The position numbers and the translations under genes are program-made. From Botryllus schlosseri (lineage: Eukaryota), in assembly GCA_051294905.1 (NCBI GenBank), contig CM119379.1:10664001-10728000 (forward strand): a stretch of DNA of 64,000 nucleotides, in the 5' to 3' direction. Below, piece after piece: positions 51,601 through 60,600 of the stretch (position 1 is the stretch's first letter; the number at the start of each line of letters is the position of its first letter). The notes below the pieces were generated by a model that worked only from the letters and a program-made list of their open reading frames with translations, was not told where the DNA came from and made no database searches.

Positions 51601-54600
51601 GACCTGATAAAATCAGAAGTGGGGAATAAAAGAAAAAAGGTTGGGAAGCACTGTCGTAAATGGATATGAATTTAATGATACGACCATACAACGTTACCCC
51701 TTATAACAATAATCAACAGACAGAAAAATCGATATAAAAAGAGAGGGATTATTTGCTTCACCAAGTAACATCACACGCAATCAGTAAACAGACAGGCCAC
51801 AACATAGCCTAATAGCCCTGAAACGTCATGTTTTACAACAAAATCACAAAAGAGGTTCTTCCAGAACAATGACATGGGCCCGAAAAAAAAAACGCACTAA
51901 ACATACCTCGTCTTCATAGCCCTGAAGAACAAAACCACGTCTGGACCTTGCTGTAGAAGGCGATTCAAACGCCTCCAAAAACTCTGTATCTGAAGGGAAA
52001 TCTTCCAATTAGCTAATACACAATCTACAGACATTCCAAGTCTACTTTTAGTTCTATCTTACCCAAAGCACTATAACCTAATGATATAGTAAAAGGTCGA
52101 GGCTTAGACAGGCCCTTGCTTCTCATTCTCGTCAACCTAAGCATAGCGTGCGATGTTAACAACGCCACATTACAAATTGAACCGGTCCAAACCACGATCA
52201 AAGTATCATGCTCGCCATACCACCGACAATGTCACAAGTAGGCCTGAGGACTTTGAAGTAGCAGCGACTCATTAACACTGTGACAATGTCAATTTACGAT
52301 TCAATTTTGGCCGCGATTCAATTTCGGAACCGGACGGCAAGGTGTTAGGATGGATCGTCGGGAAGTATGCGATAAGTCAAGTGTGTTTTACGGAATTTCA
52401 TGTTACAAATACGGTGGAGATGAAATTCTGTAACGCAGCTAAAATGTTTAGAGACCGCAGTCCAAACATTGTTAGTGTGTAGATGTTGCGTAGATGCACA
52501 AAAGTCAATTTCAAGCATGTTTTTTCTCTGACCTCGTTCGGCTAAGCACAGGAATGCATTTTTAGCGAGCTGATGCCAAATGCAAGTTACGTAGGTATAT
52601 AGGTTGCCTTGAAATCAATTTTGCTTCAAAATGTTCAATTTTCCACTTAATTAATTTTCACATGCTCTGAAGACGATCAGAAAACTACTACTTGACGAGT
52701 AAATTAGGGGATTTTGAATATGTCTGCTATGTACTTGAATAACATCAGTGATCACCATTACAAATCCTACCTAGTGTCATATTCTGTGATATAATTGATG
52801 ATATACATTGTTCTTACCAATATGAATATACAATCCAAATTCCAAATCCTACCCTGTAATGCAGCGGTTCTCAACCTTTTTTGACACGCGCCCCCCTTGG
52901 CGATGGTCAAAAAAATCGCGCCCCCCTGACCCTCCCCTACATTTATCGCCATGTCAAAAAGAGCACATCATCTAATACAGAGGTGGGCAACCTTCTTGCT
53001 AATCATGGCCGCATTTCGATTACTTATGTGGCCTAAGGCCACATTCCTGGGCATAGCCGCAATGAACGATCTGAACGCAAAATACCTATGGTAAACTGTC
53101 CATATCCATTCCCGGTGAACTCCGGACTATTGTATTTTTCACAACGGCCTATAGTACGCACCGAAATCGCGAGTGGCAATGTTATCAATAGTTGCTGGGA
53201 GTGCATATTGTCGCGCGAAGCGCGAACATTTTTCAAGAGCCGCGAATGAATTGTCATTTCTTGAGGATTCTCATTCCTGCTCCAAGTGAGAAGGGCGCTA
53301 CTGCATTAAAATCGTTACTGCATTAAATTCCTGTCTTGTTGAATTGCGCGGAGCGCGAATAAAATTTCAAGATTAAATAAAATCTCTCAATTTCGGGAGT
53401 GAATTCGTAACTGCAATTTGCATGTCTACGGCTGCCAACACATACTAATTGAATTAGGCGTCGACGGCCGCACAAATTCCCTTCTACGGCCGCATGCTGC
53501 CGTACGGGCTGCCCACCCCTGATCTAATAGTATACATGAGGTATATCTTACGCCAATATTGAATCCGCATTCCAGTTGTTTAGTCTTTTACATTGCTGAC
53601 AAACTTCCCCAAACTTTTTTGAAAATAACAAAAAAACATTGAACAGGACATCAATTAATTTCAAGGTAGGTTGCACTGAGACTAATCCCGATGCTGGTAG
53701 TGACTACAGAGAGCACGGCGTCGTTCTGTCCTGCCATGCTAAATTTGATCAGTTTTGGAAATGAATTAAATAGTGTTGATTGATAGCCAAATTGAGGGCG
53801 AAACCGGGCAACCTATATTGCATCTAAGTCTGTCTTAGGCAGTAGGGTGGAGTGAAAAATGGAAAATTTTGAATTTCAAAACGGACACTTGATATGTGGT
53901 GCCAAATTAAAAAAAAATAATATCTGTAATAATTTTGGGCTCGTGCACCCTCTAGTGGTCGTGCAATTGCACCGAACGAGCCAAAAATAGCTAATTTCGC
54001 TATATATTGATGACCGCTTCCGCTAGAAAGCTGATTTTGGGCTCAAAAGATGCGGAAGCAACAAGTTTCTATCTCACTTCCACAGAACTTTGTCTTAAAA
54101 ATGAACAGAAAAAAAGTTACGAGTAAATTATTGATTTTTAGACCATTTTTCGGTAAAATTACGCACTGAAGCAGGGTACGAGGCCAAAAGCGTGTAGTGA
54201 TCGATCTTATGACTGACAACTCCATATTGGAAACACATAAATTGCTAATTCATATTGAAAACACAAAACCATCAATTCTATGTTGAAAAAAGATATATTT
54301 CGAAGATGGTTTCACTACCAGAGTACTAGTCTGCACAAACTTTAAAATCTTGTTTCGTATTAAAGGATTTCATCTGTTTTTGAGACTTCAGTTTTTCTCT
54401 GATTAAGCCATCTCTGCGTTAAATCCCGACACATGGGCAGATGCTTTGGTCACCACTTTAACGCCTCTTTCCACTGCCTGGTTGTGCCAAGGATGTTTGA
54501 GGAGATGACCTGAGATTTTCCATCTCGAGACATGGCGAGTTTTTGATTGCTGGTGGCTGTTTCATATCTTTTAGATTCAAGTTGACAATTTAGTGGTATG

Positions 54601-57600
54601 ATTTGGCCTTGATGTTTATAATTGGGATTTTAAACAATCTGATTCTAGTGTCAACATTGTTTTTAGGTTTCGTTTCATTAACATATCCTCCTTCGAAGTC
54701 GCTAATTGGAATCTGGTATTCTGTTTGATCTGCTCATAGTTGTAATCTGGCAAGTCTTCCGAGGCCTTCATCATCATCACCGAGCATTCCCAAAAAACAT
54801 TATCCGGATGTGCAAAATATGCTTTTCGTTGTAGCAAAGGTAGTGCAAGGTTGCGAATTCGTGTATCAGAAAGCTTTGTAATATGGGAAACTATGTTGCA
54901 CAAGTTTTTAGCACCATCAACAATGGAATTGTGACTTTTTATTTCAAACCATGACGGAAAATAAAACTCCATGCAGAATTAAGCAAGATAGTTCAGATTG
55001 CTTGATGGATGACTCTGTCGCACATGTATGCTACGTATAGAACCTCAAAATTTGGCATGTTCTATGTGGGACAGAGTCATCCATCAAACAGTCTGAACTA
55101 TCTTGCTCAATTCTGCATTGAGGTTTATTTTCCGTCATGGTTTGAAATAAAAAGGCACAATTTCATTGTTGATGGTGCTAAAAACTTCTGCAACATAGTT
55201 TCCCATGTTACCAAAGCTTTCTAATACACAATTCGTAACCTTGCACTATCTTTGGGAATGCTCGGTGATGATGATGAAGGCCTCAGAAGACTTGCAAGAC
55301 TACAACTATGAGCAGATCAAACAGAATATCAGATTCCAATTGACGACTTAGAAGGAGGATATGTTAATGTACCGAAACCTAAAAACAACGTTGACACTAG
55401 AATCAGATTGTTAAAAATCCAAATTATAAACATCAAGGCCAAATCATACCACCAAATTGTCAACTTGCATCTAAATGATGCGGAACAGCCACCAGCAATC
55501 AAAAACTTTTCATATCTCGAGCTGGAAAATCTAAGGTCATCACCATTAAGGATCAATCATCCTTGGCACAACCAGGGAGTGGAAAGAGACTTTAAAGTGG
55601 TGACCGAAGCATATGCCGATTGCCCATGTGTCGGGATTTGAACGTAGAGATGGCCTCATCACACAAAAACTGAAATCTCGAAAGCAGATGAAATCCTTTA
55701 TTACGAAACAAGATTTTAAAGTTTGTGCATACTAATACTCTGGTAGTGAAACCATATTCGAAATATATCTTTTTTCAATATAGAATTGATGTTTTCGTGT
55801 TTTCAATATGGATTTGCAATTTATGTGATTTTAAAATGGAGTTGTCAGTCATAAGATCAATCACTACAAGCTTTTGGCATCATAGCGCCTGCTTCAGTGC
55901 ATAATTTTACCTAAAAACAGCCTAAAAATCAATAATTTGCTTGTAACTTTTTTTAAGACAAAGTTCTGTGGAAGTGAGATAGAAACATGTTGCCTCCGCA
56001 TCTTTTAAGCCCAAAACCAGCTTTCTAGCATAAGCGGTAATCAATATATAGCGAAATTAGCTATTTTTGGCTCGTTCGGTGCAATTGCACGACCACTAGA
56101 GGGTGCACGAGCCCAAAATTATTATAGAAATTATTTTTTTTAAATTTGGCACCACATATCAAGTGTTCGTTTTAAAATTCAAAATTTTCCATTTTTCACT
56201 CCACCCTATTAGGCAGTGCAGTTCGCCAGCTATCAACAACAGCTACCTAGCGCACAGAGAATTAGGCTACTGCCAAAGCTATGAAGTGATGAATGACTTG
56301 CATGTAAAAAATCTTCAAATAATATCAAAAATATGCTCAAATGAAGTTAAGTCAGCCTATACTCCGTTGAGCGCGACTGCTGGAGTTTGAGTTTGGCAAG
56401 CTTTCTAGAATACGAATTAAGTTTAATCTTCAATAATCGTCTCTTCAGAATGGTTGTGAAACACAATGTGTCATGTTTAGTCCCATTTTATACAGACATT
56501 GACAAAATTGACAAAAATTTCTCGCGCCCCCCCTGAGAGCCTCCCGCGCCCCCCAGGTTGAGAACCCCTGCTGTAGTGTGTCCCCGACTGGATAGGGCAT
56601 GCAAGATGTTTATTGACGTGTACAAACCTGTTGACACAAACGATTCGTCCTTCCCAAGGTTAGGACAAGAATTGCTCAGCCGTACGTTTTCAGATGGACT
56701 GCTCTGCTGTAGGCGGGTAATGTCTTTTTGACGTATGTACTGAATGTCAGAGTGAATCTTCTGCAATTCTCGCAAGTTATCATCTGCAAAATTTTTTCCA
56801 AATCAATACCAAAATTTGAACTGGGCTCGTTAGGATTGTCAGGAGGATGACACAAAAGTTTGATAAGCCTCCAATATCTCTGATAATCGTCAGGCCCGTT
56901 AGAATTAAAGCAACCAGGGCCTACAATGCCTACAGTAATTTTCAAGCTCATGTTTACAATTAAATCTGAGAAACGATACATCACATCTAGTTATCACTGT
57001 TAAAAATGTAACACTTGACATAAAAGAACTGAAGACATCGTAGGCCAGGCGCAACAGACAGATGGCTATTAATGCCATAAAGGTGCGTGTGTAAAGACAC
57101 TGAAAAAATGACAAACCGACTGAATACCAACCAGAAAGAGCCCATCGGATGTATGATAGCTGAGCAAACAAATATCAATGGCACAATGTATATTCACTGC
57201 AAGATGGTTGGTGATAACATACCCTCATAATCTTCAAAGCTACATTCCGTACAGCACACGTTATTAATACCACGAAAAACACCTTATCAAGATTTTTCCT
57301 AAAACCACGGAGGACATTTCCTTGTAATTTCGAAGAATAGTAAAGTATCCACACTATTGGGATTTTGTCTATTGGTGCTGGTACTTGAAAATGCGACCAT
57401 AAACTGTTAAAAGTGAGGAAAATAGTAAATTATAATTGCGAACGATTCGATATCACCTAACAGAGTTATATAAAGTGGGTTTCAAAGACTTCAACTGAAA
57501 ACTGAGCCGTCAACACAACGACTTGGACTCGGACTCGAGTCATAATACCATGACTCGGACTCGATCCTGTGCTCGCTGACTTGGACTTGGACTTGACTCG

Positions 57601-60600
57601 GTGGTGAGTTGAAAATGACTCGACTTGACCCGAGTCAAAACTAGTAAAGTGAGATTGACTTGTGACTCGGAGCCTTGTGACTTGGACACTTGGTTACAAC
57701 CCCGTTCAAATCTGTGGCTTGAACGGAGACTTGAAATCCAGGGGCTTAAAGAATTCGGTCTAATTCGATGCCTGAAATCGCCTCTAGCACACCGTCCATG
57801 TAAACAGCGTTGAACAACCATAACGTCTCACCTAAAATACCAGGCACTCCCTCGGCTGTCACACCCTCGTCTTCATATCCATCCGTCGTTTCGTCCAATA
57901 TCGTGTACACGCCTGACGCATCGGGAGAGAGATACGAGCTGTCATCAATTTGCGGCGGGGCAGATATGTCATCCTCGTACAAGTCCATGGGTTTGGGAGG
58001 TACCGGCGGGGGACGATCGTCGTCATACTCTATCATCGAATGGACCGGCAAGGGCGGTACATCTTCGGAATTCCATGTGGCGTTAGCCGTGCCGTCTGAC
58101 ATCTCAAGGTCGTCGGACAGCGAGAATCGATTCTGATTCAGCCCGTTGTGCAAGGCTGCTTCGTCCAGTACGGCTTTGCTGGGCGGCGGCGGTTCGTGGT
58201 TCGTGCATATGAAAGCGATTTCTTGTTCTGAAATCATAGTTTCCAGGATTATCGAGTCCTTTTCTTAAAAGTGGAAAATGACTATACTAATTTTTTATTG
58301 ACTTGACCTGCACTAGACTCATTGCTCATGACTAGGGAATTTTTTTTGACATGTCATAAATGTCAAAATTCTAGACAAGTCAAAAATTTTTTAAAACCTG
58401 CATTTTGTTTGTATCGTAGATTTTGCACGACCGGGGAATCTACTTTATAGGCCTACCGTTGTAGACAGCCCACCGTCTGCTCATTGTGAATCATAAACAT
58501 TCAAATAAAATTGTTTCATGAAAAAATTTGTCAGTTTTTGAGTCACAAGTTTTTCAGGCCGAACTAGCCTACTTTGTAAGGACGGACAGTTCGAACCAGA
58601 AATGAAGATAAGTAGCACAATTCTAACATTATGTGGGAAAACACCTACCTTGCACACGTTACGGTAGGTCAAAATTTGATCAAGGTCAAAAAATGTAATT
58701 TTTTTTATTTTTTAGGCTAAAATCTTCCGATTTTAGGTTAAAAAAAATTGCCCTACTCATGACTAGAAACATCCAATATGTCTTATTCAAATGACTAGCC
58801 TACTTGTGTATCAAAATCTGAGTACTTTGACCAGCTGATGTAGTGTGCTCCAGATTATCTTATCAGCAATGACCGATGCCAGTGTCAGCCCTATGTCAAA
58901 CGGGGGCATCGCTTATAGGCCTACTCTACCAGAGAACATGTCCTCCTCAAGATTGATAACCGGAGCGATTCCTCATACATCAAGTTGAACGAATCCCTAT
59001 CTGACGGCAAAGTTATCATATTTTGAGATCTGAAAAACAGGATACTTCATACAAGTTACAATATGGGACGAGAAAACGGGTAATTGGGAAATTTTTACGG
59101 CTAATGTTGTTAAGCTGACTAAAAAAAAGACATTTGCCGGACTCGACTCAAATAAGACGGATTGGTTAAGATTGACGTTTATTTAATTTTTTTCAGTCGA
59201 CCTACCTGCGATCAGTGATCACAAGGGAAAGTTTTGGTTGCACTAATATCGCGAGAAAGTTGCACTTCATTTTGACAAAAGTTGCAGTAAAAATTGGTAT
59301 AAAAAATAGAGAAAAGTTGCAAAAAGTTGCACTATAAAATCCCTCCATACAGCGTAAAACATCATAGTACATATATTGTGATTATCTAGGAAGCTGTCGG
59401 AAGCTATAAAAAAAAGTTGCAAAAACTTGCCCGCCCTAGTGATTACTATGTAAATTTCCTGCTAAAGAACCCAGTTTTCACCTCTATTATGACATTTTAG
59501 TTGTCTTTTGACAGTCGCCTAACTCTCAAAGCTGTAAAAAGAGGAGGATTTGCGAAAAAAGAGGACATTTGGGGGTCCTCGGAGTACATTTTACATTACT
59601 CGAAAACAGAGGACATAATATGGGATCCCTACCCAACACCCAATTTCAAAAGACGCTACACGTTACCGATTGGTGGAAAATCGCCGTCATGCATGTCCGA
59701 CGACATTGTCACCGTTCCAAAGCTGTGTTGCTTAATCGTAGTTGAAGGGGTAATGTGATGCGTTGTTTCCCAACGAATAACTCCATGCGCATGAGGGCTG
59801 GAAAATGGAATCAGAAATTCCCTTTCTCGGACATGATACTCACTAGTTCTATCCTCGTAAAGGAAATACGAGTGACAAATGGTTGATCTATTTATTAGCC
59901 CTACATTTCCTATTAGTGTATGCCAGACATTCTCAAATATTATGTCCTAATGACTTCCACGACTAGATTTGAGCACCTCCAATATCCCCGTTGAGGAAAT
60001 GATAAGGAAGTAATTGACAAGCGATATCAGAACTAGGGCATGTAGAGTAGATTTGACTTCATTTTTTCGAGTAGAATCCATCACACTTATGGTCTTATCA
60101 CAGAGTTTTCCCATGAGGCAACACCAAAGCTTCATGTAAAATTCAGGAAATAAACTTGAATCATGATTGTCATTTCATATCAAAACCGGTGTGAATTACA
60201 AGTAGGCCCACTGATGTTTGCCCTATAGGCTAGCGAGACTTAGGTAGACCCTCCTACCACTGTGTAGATAAGAAAAGTCTGGTTTAGAGCAGAGGGTAAA
60301 ATCAGTGGCTACCAAGGAAAGATTTACCAGGATTTCGCCTTGCAAACATTTCAACAGAATGTAATATCAAAAAGGTAGCAAAAAATTTCTCGTTGCAATT
60401 AAAATTTGCAATCTTTGGTGTTAAGTTGAATACATTCGCCATGATTACATTGAAAAATAAAATCTTTTTCTCTGGTCTGGTCATGAAGTCAAAAAGGTTG
60501 AGCTCAATTGAGTTATCGATTGCACCGTAATAGCACTTTGTCTGTACCTTGGAGAAAATAAAACTAACTATGCCTACTCACTCTGTAATCAAATCAGCTA

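Larger units (their letters stand above)
53843..56208. mobile_element. 2366-bp palindromic (foldback) non-autonomous hATm-like transposon
   Basis: Ends tagggtggagtgaaaaatgg / ccatttttcactccacccta; perfect TSD ttaggcag; the two arms are reverse complements almost to the centre (about 55044-55058). Confidence 0.9.
52862..56570. mobile_element. Outer hAT/Buster-type MITE (about 780 bp net) interrupted by two nested insertions
   Basis: Ends cagcggttctcaacc / ggttgagaacccctg with gcgcccccc subterminal motifs; TSD ctgtaatg / ctgtagtg. Confidence 0.75.

Noticed and set aside
52667-52690. CTGAAGA...GAAA hammerhead-like string
   Set aside because: No UH cleavage triplet, palindromic helix III or helix I pairing.
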